A stretch of 64,000 nt of DNA from an uncultured Elusimicrobia bacterium (GCA_963702895.1 OY969767.1:2418398-2482397); one strand, 5' to 3'. Shown: positions 1 through 10,157, counted from the stretch's first letter. Notes: generated by a model not told the origin, from the letters alone. Numbers and translations: made by a program.

Positions 1-3000
1 TTGACCTCGATCACCCGGACATCGAAGACTACATCAACTGGAAGGTCAAAGAAGAGCAAAAGGTGGCGGCTTTGGTCGCTGGGTCCAAGCTCTGCAAAAA
101 GCATCTGAACGAAATCATCAAAGCCGTTCACGCCTGGCCGGAAACCTCCGAGAAGCTTGACCGTAAAAAGAACACGCGCCTGGCCGCCGCCATCCGGGCC
201 GCCAGCGTCTCCATGGTCCCTCTGAATTACGTGGAGCGCGTCCTGGAGCTGGCCGCCCAAGGCGTCATCGAGATTGATTTTGACGAGTACAACACAGACT
301 GGACCTCGGAAGCTTACATCACGGTCTCAGGCCAAAACTCGAACAACTCGGTTCGCATCCCGAACGCCTTTATGGAAGCTCTGCTCGCGGATGGCGATTG
401 GCCGCTCTTCTGGCGCACAGAAAAGGAAAAAGCGGCCAAGGAAAAGCGTGATCCGAAGCCCTACCGGTCCGTCAAGGCAAAAGAACTCTGGGATCAGATC
501 TGCTACGCCGCATGGGCGTGCGCGGACCCTGGCCTGCAATTTGACACGATCATCAACGACTGGCACACCTGCCCCTCGGACGGCCGTATCAACGCTTCCA
601 ACCCCTGCGTGACAGGAGACACCCTCGTTTCCACCACGCAAGGCTATCGCAAAATCATTGATCTTGTGGGTCAGGAAGTTGAAATTGTGGCAGGCGATGG
701 ATCCTCGAAATGGATCAGCCAGGTTTTTCCCACCGGCCATCAGCCTATCTATGAATTAAAAACCGTCTCGGGCTATACCCTCCGTCTCACGGCGGACCAT
801 CGTGTTCTGACTGCCAACCGAGGGGATGTGCGAGCCTGTGAGCTGAGCCAAGACGATTGCGTGGTGTTAGGTCATGTGGGTTTTGGACCCGAATCGCTCC
901 CCAGCGCCGTGGCGGAGGTCATTGGTCTGGCCATCGGCGACGGATGCATTAATTCCGATGGCTATCTCATGATCAACATGGACCGCCTTCAGGAACAGAG
1001 GGTTCTGGAGGCCGCCTCGCGCACCATCAACGCTCTCAAACCAAACAAATTTGGAACGGTTCACTCTGGCGGCACGACCGCGCGGGTCGCGACCTGCGCC
1101 CCTGAGATTGTGCAAGTGGCGGACCACTACGCGGTGTTGGACCAGGGATCTGCCAAGAAGCAATTTTCGGACGCCGTTTGGTCTCTCAATAAAACCAGCC
1201 AGGCCGCTCTTCTCCGAGGTTTGTTCACGTCCGACGGAACGGTGGCCCATTATGGGGAGAAGAGCCACTATGTTGCGCTGGACAGCACTTCTCTTCTCCT
1301 TCTCCAGCAAGTTCAACAGCTCCTGCTTGGCTTCGGCATCAAGGCAAAGATTTACGAAAATCGTCGTGTTGCCGGCAATACCGTTTCTCTGCTTCCGGAT
1401 GGCAAAGGAGGCATCAAGCCTTACGCGGTTCAACAGATCCATTCCCTAAGAATCTCACGATCCTCTCGCCTCCTCTTTCAAAAGGAGATTGGATTCTTGC
1501 CGGATTCCCCAAAAACGGAAAAGCTGGCCGAACTGAATCGATCGATCAGCGTGTACGCGGATGTGATGGTCGATGAAGTGGCATCGCTTGTCCCTTGCGG
1601 TTCCGCTGATGTCTTTGATCTGACAGAACCCCAAACGCATCACTTTGTTGCCAATGGACTGGTGGTTCACAACTGCTCGGAGTACATGTTTCTGGACGAC
1701 ACGGCCTGCAATCTGGCCTCCATCAACCTGATGAAGTTCTACGACACCACCACGGCGCGCCTGGACATTGAAGCCTATCGCCATGCCGTGCGCCTGTGGA
1801 CGATCACCCTGGAAATCTCGGTGACCATGGCCCAATTTCCTTCCTACCCCATCGCGGAAAAATCTTACCTCTATCGGACGCTCGGTCTGGGGTACGCCAA
1901 CCTGGGGGCGCTCCTCATGGTTCAAGGGATCCCTTATGACTCCGACCGAGGGCGCGCGATCGCTGCGGCGCTGAGCGCCATCATGCACATGGGCGCCTAT
2001 GCGACGTCGGCCGAAATGGCTTCCGCGATCGGACCGTTCCCGCGCTTCGAGGCCAACCGAGACGCGATGTTGCGCGTGGTTCGGAACCATCGGCGCGCGG
2101 CCTACCCGACGAAGCGCGAAGACTACGAAGCCTTGACGGTCACGCCGCAGCACATCCGTCCTGAACACTGTCCGGAAGATCTGCTCAAGGGTGCACGCGA
2201 GGATGCGGACCGGGCCCTGGTGATGGGCGAACAGTTTGGGTACCGCAACGCACAGGTCACCGTCATTGCTCCGACGGGAACGATCGGCCTTTCCATGGAT
2301 TGCGACACGACGGGCATCGAGCCGGATTTCGCCCTGGTGAAATTTAAGAAACTGGCTGGCGGCGGCTATCTCAAGATCATCAATCAGACGGTTCCTCCGG
2401 CCCTGAAGACGCTGGGCTACACCACCCTGCAGGTCGACGATATCGTGCGCTATTGCAAAGGAGCCGGCACCCTCAAGGGCTGTCCCCATATCAACCCGGA
2501 CGCACTCAAGACAAAGGGCTTTACCGATGAGGTGATCGCCAAAGTCGAATCCGCGCTGCCCCAAGCCTTTGAAATCGGCTTCGCGTTTAACCAGTGGACC
2601 CTGGGAGAACCCTTCTGCAAAGAAACACTGAAAATCACGGAGGAGCAACTCCATGACTGGAGGTTCTCGATCCTCAAGCACATGGGTTTTTCGCAAGACG
2701 AGATTGCCATCGCGAACGAATACGTCTGCGGCACGATGACCCTGGAAGGAGCTCCACACCTCAAAGCCGAGCACATGCCGGTCTTTGACTGCGCCAATCG
2801 ATGCGGCGCCAAAGGCAAACGCTATATCGCGCCGCTCGCCCACCTGAAGATGATGGCCGCCGCTCAACCCTTCATCTCGGGCGCCATCTCCAAGACCATC
2901 AACCTCCCGCACGAAGCGACGCTTCGGGACATCAACGAAGCCTATGTGGAGTCCTGGCAGTTGATGCTCAAGGCGGTCGCGCTCTACCGCGATGGGTCGA

Positions 3001-3905
3001 AACTCTCTCAACCGCTGAACACCACCTCGGATTCCAGCGGCGACTCCACGATCACGATGGCGGACCTCCAGGAAGGGCCGCTCAAGATATCGGAGAAGAT
3101 TATTCACCGCTATATCGCGCGGCGCCGCCGGCTTCCTTATCGACGCTCCGGCTACACCCAAAAAGCCAAGATTGGGGGCCATACCATTTACCTTCGCACG
3201 GGGGAATACGAAGACAATGCCCTCGGCGAAATCTTCATCGACATGCATAAGGAAGGCGCGGCCTTCCGGAGCCTCATGAACTGCTTTTCCATCGCGATCT
3301 CATTGGGGCTTCAGCACGGTGTGCCGCTCGAAGAATTCGTGGAAGCCTTTGTTTTTACGCGTTTTGAGCCCAACGGGATGGTCCAGGGCAACCCGCAGAT
3401 TAAGATGACAACCTCCATCATCGACTACATCTTCCGGGAGCTCGCCATTTCCTATCTCAACCGGCAAGATTTGGCCCAGGTGACCACGGAGGACCTGCGT
3501 GCTTCTTCCGTCGGCGATCCGGGCGTACAACAGCCGGACTTCTCCGAAGAAGAAGTGGTGAGCGAACGCGTGGTGGACCCCAAGGACATGGCCCAGGTCT
3601 CGCCGACGCATGTGCCCAAGTCGACCCACCTCTCGAACGTGCAGCCCACTCCTCCGGGGCAAGGCACACACGCCATACCCATCAAGAACCAGGCGTCGGC
3701 GGGGGCCTCTTCTGCCGCGTCTTCGGCCGTTTCCCCTGCCATTGGATTCCGACCCCAAATGTCCGCCTTGGCAGACAAGGCCCGCGAGGCCAAGCTCAAA
3801 GGGTATGAAGGGGATCCCTGCCGAGAATGCGGCCAATTCACAATGGTCCGCAATGGCACCTGCCTGAAATGCGATACGTGCGGCACAACATCAGGATGTT
3901 CTTAA
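1..3905 (+). CDS. nrdJ: Class II (adenosylcobalamin-dependent) ribonucleotide reductase, 5'-truncated at window edge, interrupted by an intein
   Basis: Reading frame is open to the window start (frame 3, no upstream stop). Extein shows an RNR-like NPC(S)E active-site motif that is split by the insertion, class II-like blocks ([25 protein letters not shown]; [27 protein letters not shown]) and a C-terminal Cys-rich ribbon ([25 protein letters not shown]). Confidence 0.85.
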   Translation, partial: DLDHPDIEDYINWKVKEEQKVAALVAGSKLCKKHLNEIIKAVHAWPETSEKLDRKKNTRLAAAIRAASVSMVPLNYVERVLELAAQGVIEIDFDEYNTDWTSEAYITVSGQNSNNSVRIPNAFMEALLADGDWPLFWRTEKEKAAKEKRDPKPYRSVKAKELWDQICYAAWACADPGLQFDTIINDWHTCPSDGRINASNPCVTGDTLVSTTQGYRKIIDLVGQEVEIVAGDGSSKWISQVFPTGHQPIYELKTVSGYTLRLTADHRVLTANRGDVRACELSQDDCVVLGHVGFGPESLPSAVAEVIGLAIGDGCINSDGYLMINMDRLQEQRVLEAASRTINALKPNKFGTVHSGGTTARVATCAPEIVQVADHYAVLDQGSAKKQFSDAVWSLNKTSQAALLRGLFTSDGTVAHYGEKSHYVALDSTSLLLLQQVQQLLLGFGIKAKIYENRRVAGNTVSLLPDGKGGIKPYAVQQIHSLRISRSSRLLFQKEIGFLPDSPKTEKLAELNRSISVYADVMVDEVASLVPCGSADVFDLTEPQTHHFVANGLVVHNCSEYMFLDDTACNLASINLMKFYDTTTARLDIEAYRHAVRLWTITLEISVTMAQFPSYPIAEKSYLYRTLGLGYANLGALLMVQGIPYDSDRGRAIAAALSAIMHMGAYATSAEMASAIGPFPRFEANRDAMLRVVRNHRRAAYPTKREDYEALTVTPQHIRPEHCPEDLLKGAREDADRALVMGEQFGYRNAQVTVIAPTGTIGLSMDCDTTGIEPDFALVKFKKLAGGGYLKIINQTVPPALKTLGYTTLQVDDIVRYCKGAGTLKGCPHINPDALKTKGFTDEVIAKVESALPQAFEIGFAFNQWTLGEPFCKETLKITEEQLHDWRFSILKHMGFSQDEIAIANEYVCGTMTLEGAPHLKAEHMPVFDCANRCGAKGKRYIAPLAHLKMMAAAQPFISGAISKTINLPHEATLRDINEAYVESWQLMLKAVALYRDGSKLSQPLNTTSDSSGDSTITMADLQEGPLKISEKIIHRYIARRRRLPYRRSGYTQKAKIGGHTIYLRTGEYEDNALGEIFIDMHKEGAAFRSLMNCFSIAISLGLQHGVPLEEFVEAFVFTRFEPNGMVQGNPQIKMTTSIIDYIFRELAISYLNRQDLAQVTTEDLRASSVGDPGVQQPDFSEEEVVSERVVDPKDMAQVSPTHVPKSTHLSNVQPTPPGQGTHAIPIKNQASAGASSAASSAVSPAIGFRPQMSALADKAREAKLKGYEGDPCRECGQFTMVRNGTCLKCDTCGTTSGCS
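606..1673 (+). other. Intein (Hint domain with LAGLIDADG homing-endonuclease motifs) inside nrdJ, 356 aa
   Basis: Insertion starts with Cys directly after INASNP and ends GLVVHN followed by Cys+1 (CSEYMFLDD). Contains LAGLIDADG-type motifs [13 protein letters not shown] and [12 protein letters not shown]. Removing it restores a contiguous NPCSE motif. Confidence 0.8.
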
Positions 3906-3906
3906 G

Positions 3907-4230
3907 GTGTGCCGCACGCGGCACGACATGCGGTGTCCCAATGCCCCGCCGGAGCCCCTTTTTGTGAATCGATTTCTTAGGCCTCTTGGTGCTCACCGAA
4001 GAAGTTCCGTTGTTCTGGCCATCGCTGGCGTAACATTCTGTCTCGGGTGCCAGCGAAGGACCCCCGACTCTGTGGCACAGGCTCCCCAGGAACCACAGGT
4101 CCAGAACGCTTTCACCGATTACGTCGACCGTGGCGTCCATACGATGGAGAAAGCCGAGAAAGCAGCGGAGACTGCCAACGCTCGCAACGCCGAGTTGCAG
4201 CGTCAGAGTGAGTCTATCCAGGAGCCCTAA
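3907..4230 (+). CDS. Small hypothetical protein, probably secreted; true start may be the in-frame GTG near 3964
   Basis: From the internal GTG the product begins MNRFLRPLGAHRRSS-VVLAIAGVTFCLGC, i.e. a basic n-region followed by a hydrophobic stretch. Stop overlaps the ATG of the next gene (TAATG), suggesting translational coupling. Confidence 0.35.
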   Translation: MCRTRHDMRCPNAPPEPLFVNRFLRPLGAHRRSSVVLAIAGVTFCLGCQRRTPDSVAQAPQEPQVQNAFTDYVDRGVHTMEKAEKAAETANARNAELQRQSESIQEP

Positions 4231-4598
4231 TGGCACGGATCCTGATCATTGATGATGATGTCGACGTGATTGAAATCATCCGGTACACCATCGCCCAGGA
4301 AGGGCATGAACTTTTCGAGGCAAAAAATGGAAAAGAGGGCCTCGATATGTCCATACGAGAGCGCCCTGATATCATTGTGCTCGACATCATGATGCCCGTC
4401 ATGGACGGGTTGACCTTGAACTCTCACCTGAGCGCTTTGCCCGCCACCAAAGACATCCCTGTCATTGTGCTCACAGCGAAAGGACGCATGAAAGATACGT
4501 TTGACAAAGCTCCGAATGTCCGGTGCTATATGGAAAAGCCGTTCGAGCCTGTCGTGCTGCAGGAGAAGATCCGGGAGATTCTGTCCAAGAAACAATAG
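4230..4598 (+). CDS. Single-domain response regulator (CheY-like receiver)
   Basis: 122 aa with receiver hallmarks: ILIIDDD acidic pocket, phospho-acceptor region IIVLDIMMPVMDG, VIVLTAKG and a conserved Lys in EKPF. Confidence 0.85.
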   Translation: MARILIIDDDVDVIEIIRYTIAQEGHELFEAKNGKEGLDMSIRERPDIIVLDIMMPVMDGLTLNSHLSALPATKDIPVIVLTAKGRMKDTFDKAPNVRCYMEKPFEPVVLQEKIREILSKKQ

Positions 4599-4685
4599 CC
4601 AAGATTTCGGAGTCCTCTCACCCCCGGTCGTAGGGACCCGCCTCCGACGAAATAAGCCTTGCACATTCGTGAGGCCTGCTTAGAC

Positions 4686-4956
4686 TTACCCTAAGTACTG
4701 ACTTTCATAGGAGCGCAGCGGGTTTGCGGGAACGATTTTGATGGCGAGACAAGGAACGAGGAGCGAGCATACCTGGAAGGTATGTAAGCGACGAGAGACG
4801 CGGTCGCAGCCCAAAAGCGTCCCGCCCTGCGGGGACGCCGATCTCGGGCGGATGCGTTGTTGCTTCTCACTCACAGACCGCTTCGGGTATGCTCGTTCGT
4901 CGCGCCTAGCCTCCGCCACGAGCTCGGCGTCCAAACCCGCTGCGATCCTATGAAAG
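4686..4956. repeat. 271-bp element bounded by 33-bp imperfect terminal inverted repeats; MITE-like or structured RNA
   Basis: AGTACTGACTTTCATAGGAGCGCAGCGGGTTTG at the left end pairs with the reverse complement of CAAACCCGCTGCGATCCTATGAAAGGCAGTACT at the right end (2 mismatches). Interior holds further stems, e.g. CGAGCATACC ... GGTATGCTCG and GCGTCCC-N8-GGGACGC. Confidence 0.5.
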
Positions 4957-4969
4957 GCAGTACTAAGCT

Positions 4970-7180
4970 ATGATGAGCGCTTCTCACTCTCGGGCGGTCC
5001 GCCTTGCCTTTGGTGTGACCGTTGGAGTCCTTGCCTCCATGAGCGCGGCGGCTTCCTGGAGCGCCTACGCGCTCTTCGGGTCCTTCCGGCAAGTGACGCA
5101 AGCCCAACAGGCCCTCGCCAGATTCCATCATATCGAAGCCCTCATGGAATCAGCGTTTTCTGGCGTGAGCGGCTATGCCCTCTCCGGGGAAGTGGACCGG
5201 CTGAACGCGTTTCACTACGCGAAAATAATTATTCCGCGCGAACTCGATGAGATGGTACGGCTTTCCCCCGTCCGTCGGGAAGACCTGTGGATCTCACTCC
5301 AGAACCAGCTCAACACGCGCCTGGCGCTCATGGCGCGTGCGATCCGACTGAAAGACACGCGAGGGCAGGCGGCCAGCGCGCAGCTGTTAATCTCAGAATC
5401 CGGTTCCTCCCGGGATCAAAGGGAGCGCCTTCTCTCGGAATGCCAGCAGGCCTATCTGCAGCAGATCCAGACAAAGCACGAGGCTTTGAACAGAAGTGCC
5501 GCGCAGACCCAGGGATGGTTGGCGCTCGCGACACTCGTCAGTTTCGCTCTGGTCGGATGGACCTCCTTTCTTCTTCGTAAAGAGACTTGGCAAAGGGCAC
5601 AAGCGGAAACGATCAAAGACCAGACAGAAGCGATGCTGCAATCCGTCATTGAGCGAATTCCTTACATGATTTCCGTCAAAGAGGGCCAGCACCTTCGCGT
5701 GACCCTGGTCAATCGTGCCGCCACGGAATGGATGGGCATGCCCGCTCAAAACATCCTTGGATCTCTGGAGAGTGATCTCCGAGACCCGGAAGAAGCCGCG
5801 GCGTCCATGCAAGCGGATCGAACGGCCCTGGGGGAGGCAAGGACTCTGGAGCTCCATGAGCGCTTGTCGCGCCCAGGCCGAGAGGCGCTCCTGCTCTTCA
5901 CCCAAAAGATCCCGCTCGTCGATGCCAAGGGGCGGCCCACGCATGTTCTGAGCATTTCAGAAAATATCACCCAGCGCAAACAGGCGGAACAGATGCTGGA
6001 GCTCTCCCGGGACGCCGCCGTCGAGGCGGCGCGCCTCAGGTCCGAATTCATCCGGAACATGAGCCACGAATTTCGAACACCCTTAAGCATCGTGATGGGC
6101 ATGACTTCCCTGCTGATGGACACCTCTCTGACGGACGAGCAGCGCTCCTTTGCACAGAGGATCCGGCGCTCCGCAGAAGGGCTTTCGGGGCTCACGAAGA
6201 ACATCCTCGACTTCTCAAAAATCGAAAACGGCTCTTTCACCCTCGAGAACCGTGAGATGAATGTCCTTGAGATTGCTGAAGACGTCCGTGCCATGCTGGC
6301 GGAGCAAGCCAGGGTGAAGGGTCTAGCGCTCGTGACGCTGGCTTCCCCCGCTGTTCCTCCGATCGTCCGGGGCGATGCGACGAGACTTCGCCAAGTCCTG
6401 ACGCAGCTCGTGGCCAACGCCGTCAAGTTCACGGACCGAGGGCAGATCAGCATACGCTTGAGCGTCGAGAAACAAACCGATTCCCAGCTCTGGTTGCGCT
6501 ATCAGGTGACCGATACCGGCATCGGGATATCGGACGATGTACAAAAATATCTTTTTGAACCCTTCCGGCAAGGCGATGGGTCATGGACCAGACGCTATGG
6601 CGGCACGGGTCTGGGCCTGGCCATGGCTAAGCGGATGGTCCAGCTCATGGGGGGACAGATGGGCTTCGAAAGCGCACTCGGCATGGGGTCCACGTTCTGG
6701 TTCACACTGCCGGTCCACAAGCGGCACGTCCAAGGCCCGGTCGTCCAGATTTCATCCCTTCCCTGGACTCGCGCGCGCGTGATGATCGTCAGCGAAAATG
6801 AAGTGGTGCGTAAGATGATTCAGCAGCAGCTCCACGATTGTGCGGTCGCCTGCGAAATGGTTTCGAGCGGTCAAGCGGCGATGGAAATTCTTCGGCGCGA
6901 ACAGAAAGCCGGCAAGAGTTTCCCTATCGTCCTTCTGGGCATGCATTTAACAGACATGGATGCCGTTCATTTCGCCAAGCTGCTTAAACAGGACCATGAC
7001 TTAAAAGCGACCAAGCTGGCCTTGCTCATGCCTGAAACGGATGTGCTGGATAGCTTGACCGCCACGACGCTTGGGTTCGTCGGGGGGGTCCGTCTTCCGT
7101 GCCAGGCCCAGGAACTCTATGACCGCCTGGCCGGCTGGATCGACGCCGCCGAAATGAAGCATCCGCAAAGGGCCGCCTAA
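4970..7180 (+). CDS. Sensor histidine kinase with N-terminal membrane/sensor region, PAS-like domain and C-terminal degenerate receiver-like domain
   Basis: H-box SHEFRTPLSIVMGM and ATP-binding G-box GTGLGLAMAKRMVQLMGG. N-terminal hydrophobic segments. The C-terminal receiver-like region has Gly where the phospho-acceptor Asp is expected (VLLGMHL). Confidence 0.85.
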   Translation: MMSASHSRAVRLAFGVTVGVLASMSAAASWSAYALFGSFRQVTQAQQALARFHHIEALMESAFSGVSGYALSGEVDRLNAFHYAKIIIPRELDEMVRLSPVRREDLWISLQNQLNTRLALMARAIRLKDTRGQAASAQLLISESGSSRDQRERLLSECQQAYLQQIQTKHEALNRSAAQTQGWLALATLVSFALVGWTSFLLRKETWQRAQAETIKDQTEAMLQSVIERIPYMISVKEGQHLRVTLVNRAATEWMGMPAQNILGSLESDLRDPEEAAASMQADRTALGEARTLELHERLSRPGREALLLFTQKIPLVDAKGRPTHVLSISENITQRKQAEQMLELSRDAAVEAARLRSEFIRNMSHEFRTPLSIVMGMTSLLMDTSLTDEQRSFAQRIRRSAEGLSGLTKNILDFSKIENGSFTLENREMNVLEIAEDVRAMLAEQARVKGLALVTLASPAVPPIVRGDATRLRQVLTQLVANAVKFTDRGQISIRLSVEKQTDSQLWLRYQVTDTGIGISDDVQKYLFEPFRQGDGSWTRRYGGTGLGLAMAKRMVQLMGGQMGFESALGMGSTFWFTLPVHKRHVQGPVVQISSLPWTRARVMIVSENEVVRKMIQQQLHDCAVACEMVSSGQAAMEILRREQKAGKSFPIVLLGMHLTDMDAVHFAKLLKQDHDLKATKLALLMPETDVLDSLTATTLGFVGGVRLPCQAQELYDRLAGWIDAAEMKHPQRAA

Positions 7181-7204
7181 AAGCCGGCGAAGGGAGGTAG
7201 GACC

Positions 7205-7510
7205 ATGGAGCCAAGAGAAATGAGACGTTCACCAAGAGCCAAACACGATTCCGTGGTGGAGATTTTCGACGCGGAGGGACATCTCATTATCGGCATTGGA
7301 CGAATGATCAATTTTTCCAACGTCGGCATTTGCTTTTCGAGCACCCAAGTTCTTAAAAAGGGTCAGAGATTGCATGCTCGCATTCGTCTTTTAAGGGAGG
7401 GAGCGCTGGAGACATCGGCCCATATCGTTTGGGTGAAAAAGCGCCCTGCGTTTATGCTCTATGGAATCGCTTTTGATACCATACAAAAGATCCAGACCTC
7501 GGTGATTTGA
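7205..7510 (+). CDS. PilZ-domain protein (putative c-di-GMP receptor)
   Basis: 101 aa with RxxxR (RRSPR) and N/DxSxxG (NFSNVG) PilZ motifs. Good SD (GGGAGG) upstream. Immediately downstream of the two-component genes. Confidence 0.6.
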   Translation: MEPREMRRSPRAKHDSVVEIFDAEGHLIIGIGRMINFSNVGICFSSTQVLKKGQRLHARIRLLREGALETSAHIVWVKKRPAFMLYGIAFDTIQKIQTSVI

Positions 7511-7720
7511 CTGCTCCCTGGACACTTGAAGGGGTCTGGCATCGCAGCGCAAAGACGAATATAATCGGCCGCGATGAAAGCCATCCAAGCCGGTGTTATT
7601 GAACCTAATCGAGGATCCCATACCAAAAGCGACGAAGAATGGCTGCACAGCAGCTCCTCGTCTATCCATTCTTAGGCGAGCGATCATGCCTCCCTCGCCA
7701 GGGAACACCTGGAGAGTTTC

Positions 7721-8803
7721 GTGATCTTCAGCTCTCATGGCCTACGGAAGGCCTTCTTCGCCCTCCCTTTGATCGTCTTGAGCTCCCTCGATGCGTCCGA
7801 TTCCTCCGGCAAGCGTCTTTGTGAAAAAGATTTTTCCTCCTATAAGAATCAACTCGCGAAGAACCCCTCCGATGATCTGACGTGGACAGAATTCAGGGTC
7901 TGCGCATCGGAACTTAAGAAGTGGGATGAAGCCATTCAGGTCGCGCTCCAGGCCAGACAGAAAAACAAAAACCTGCCCCAGCCTTATCTCATCCTCGGAC
8001 TCGCCCAAATGCACCAGAAGAATTTTGAGAGAGCCATTGAGCATTTCGACCAAAGCATTGCCCTCAACTCCATGCAGCCCCTCGCCTACTTTCAAATGGG
8101 GATGGCCTACCTTTTTCTCAATGAGCCGACCAAGGCGGCCCAAGCAGCAGAGCGAGCCATTGAACTCGACCCCACGAACTCCGCCTACCACAGGCAGCTG
8201 GCTTACACACGGCTCTTGCTGGACGATCTGTCGGGAGCAGAATTGTCGGCCAAGCGAGCCATCCAGTTGGACAAGGAGGACCTCGCGGCCCACAAGATCT
8301 TGGCGAAGATTTATACCAAGGCCGGCAACACCACAGGCGCGGCCTCTGAGCTCGCTTGGATCAAGTCGGCGGAGAGCGCCGCGGGGATTTCCCCGTCGGC
8401 ACTTCCCACCCAAACAGAACCCTCTTCCATGAAAGCCAAGGATGACGGCGAGGACGAGGAGGAAAAGACAGGCAAACAAGAGGATTATCAGGTGATTGGG
8501 CAATGCATCGGGCAGTGGACCCGGATGAAGAGCGCCGTTCTCCGTGGAAATTTGAACGAGTCACTGACCTATTATTCTGATTATCTCGATACGCGGGACC
8601 AATACCGCTCCTCTTTTGAGGCCATGGGGATGGAACGACTCAAGTCCATTTTCGGAAATTTCGGGGATCTTTACGATTGCGAAGTGGTGTTTGCCTCAGC
8701 CCATTGCAAGGCGATGGTCCATGGTCCATCGGGCGCCGTCGTCGTCACAAAGATTCGATTTGAGAAAAATCCCGATAAAGTTTGGAGAATTCGATCTTTT
8801 TAA
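7721..8803 (+). CDS. Secreted tetratricopeptide-repeat (TPR) protein
   Basis: N-terminal signal-like hydrophobic segment followed by several TPR-like repeats (e.g. AYFQMGMAYLFLNEPTKAAQAAERAIELDP). Confidence 0.7.
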   Translation: MIFSSHGLRKAFFALPLIVLSSLDASDSSGKRLCEKDFSSYKNQLAKNPSDDLTWTEFRVCASELKKWDEAIQVALQARQKNKNLPQPYLILGLAQMHQKNFERAIEHFDQSIALNSMQPLAYFQMGMAYLFLNEPTKAAQAAERAIELDPTNSAYHRQLAYTRLLLDDLSGAELSAKRAIQLDKEDLAAHKILAKIYTKAGNTTGAASELAWIKSAESAAGISPSALPTQTEPSSMKAKDDGEDEEEKTGKQEDYQVIGQCIGQWTRMKSAVLRGNLNESLTYYSDYLDTRDQYRSSFEAMGMERLKSIFGNFGDLYDCEVVFASAHCKAMVHGPSGAVVVTKIRFEKNPDKVWRIRSF

Positions 8804-8871
8804 AGCCGCGTCGGTCGTGCCGATACCGCGCGGCTCACCCCGTATCTGATTAACCGGGAAACTGCAGTTGC

Positions 8872-8953
8872 CGTCACCCCGGCGGCCGCCAGCCGGGGTC
8901 TATCAGACGTACAAAACCTGATGGATCCCCTGCTTACTACCGCAGGGGATGAC
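8872..8953. repeat. Composite palindromic (REP-like) element cluster, two hairpin units
   Basis: GTCACCCCGGC-N8-GCCGGGGTCTATCAGACG followed by GATGGATCCCCTGC-N8-GCAGGGGATGACGG. The same flank motifs recur at several other sites in the window. Confidence 0.5.
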
Positions 8954-8994
8954 GGCACTAAAAAGTGCACTGGGTTCAGACGGAGAGAATTGGC

Positions 8995-10157
8995 CAACTG
9001 CAGCGTAATATGAAAGCGGGCCTCAAGAGAGTTATAAACAAGGCTGTCGGTAAAGACACCTTAATAACCCCAGGAGGCCCAAAATCATGATATCCATCGG
9101 CATTGATCATCACAAGAAGTATTGTCAGGTTGTGGCTATGAGGGAGTCTGGCGAGATTGTATGGGAAGGTCAAGTCCCCACACGGCGAGAAGGTCTTGCA
9201 CAAGTTAAAGAGGCGATTCCTCCAGGAGAACCGGTGCAAAGTGTATTGGAATCTGGACGGAGCTGGGGCATTGCCTATGACATTCTGGAAGATCTCGGGA
9301 TGAATCCGGTGTTGGCCAATCCTTATAGATCACGATTGATCGCCGACTCGTTTATCAAAACAGACAAAATCGATGCAACGGCACATGCCCTGCTGCTACG
9401 TTTGGGGGTGACCCCAACAATCCACGTGCCGAGTCGAGATCGGCGGGAACAGAAAGCGCTATTGCGGCACCGACTATGGCTAGTGAAGGGACAAACGGTG
9501 ATCAAGAATCGAGTTCATGATTTACTCGACCGACTTCATGTTGACGTTCCCGAACGAAGCGACTTGTTTGGAGCGCATGGCCGGGCGTGGCTGAAGGCTT
9601 TGGAGCTTCCGGAGATGCACCAGCATTTATTGAGATCCCACATGGCATTGCTCGATGAGATTCGCGTCCAAATTCGAGCGACAGAAGAATGGATTGATCG
9701 GGTTTTAAGGGATCACCCTTTGCGCGAGCTTGTCGATTCATTTCCTGGGGTCGGCAAGATCTTAAGTGCTCTGATGGCCTTGGAAATTGACACCATTGAA
9801 CGGTTTCCGACGGCTGCGCGGTTTGCATCGTACTGTGGCGTGGTGTGTAGTACCTACAGTTCAGGGGGTAAGACGTATCACGGAGGATTGATCCCGTCTT
9901 GTAACCGCTATTTACGCTACGCATTAATCGAGGCCTGTTGGACGGCTGTATCTGTATCACCGTACTTTAAAGCCTTTTATCAGCAACGAAGAATTCGAAA
10001 GCTGTCATCGGTCGCTATTGTGGCAGTGGCCAGAAAGATGGCAGAGATCATGTGGGTATGCCTGAAGAACAAGAGGAAGTATAAGGAAAAGATGTATCGA
10101 TTTGGTCGAGTCGCCTTGGCGAAATCTTAACGGAAGCCGCGTTTAACTGCAGCGTAA
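8995..10157 (+). mobile_element. IS110-family insertion sequence (approximate boundaries)
   Basis: Contains a DEDD-type IS110 transposase ORF. Region is flanked by a 13-bp direct repeat AACTGCAGCGTAA (about 8995-9007 and 10145-10157), lacks obvious terminal inverted repeats as is typical for IS110, and is lower in GC than its surroundings. Confidence 0.6.
9087..10130 (+). CDS. IS110-family transposase
   Basis: N-terminal ISIGIDHHKK (GIDxxK-type DEDD start) and C-terminal block FPGVGKILSALMALEIDTIERFPTAARFASYCGVV..SGGK typical of IS110/IS1111 transposases. Confidence 0.85.
   Translation: MISIGIDHHKKYCQVVAMRESGEIVWEGQVPTRREGLAQVKEAIPPGEPVQSVLESGRSWGIAYDILEDLGMNPVLANPYRSRLIADSFIKTDKIDATAHALLLRLGVTPTIHVPSRDRREQKALLRHRLWLVKGQTVIKNRVHDLLDRLHVDVPERSDLFGAHGRAWLKALELPEMHQHLLRSHMALLDEIRVQIRATEEWIDRVLRDHPLRELVDSFPGVGKILSALMALEIDTIERFPTAARFASYCGVVCSTYSSGGKTYHGGLIPSCNRYLRYALIEACWTAVSVSPYFKAFYQQRRIRKLSSVAIVAVARKMAEIMWVCLKNKRKYKEKMYRFGRVALAKS

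Noticed and set aside
1455-3248. 597-aa ORF on the minus strand inside nrdJ
   Set aside because: Lies entirely antisense to a well-supported RNR gene; its product is Arg/Gly/Val-rich, typical of spurious antisense ORFs in high-GC DNA.
4686-4956. Retron msr-msd non-coding RNA
   Set aside because: Flanking inverted repeats resemble retron a1/a2, but there is no reverse-transcriptase ORF adjacent; the neighbours are a response regulator and a histidine kinase.
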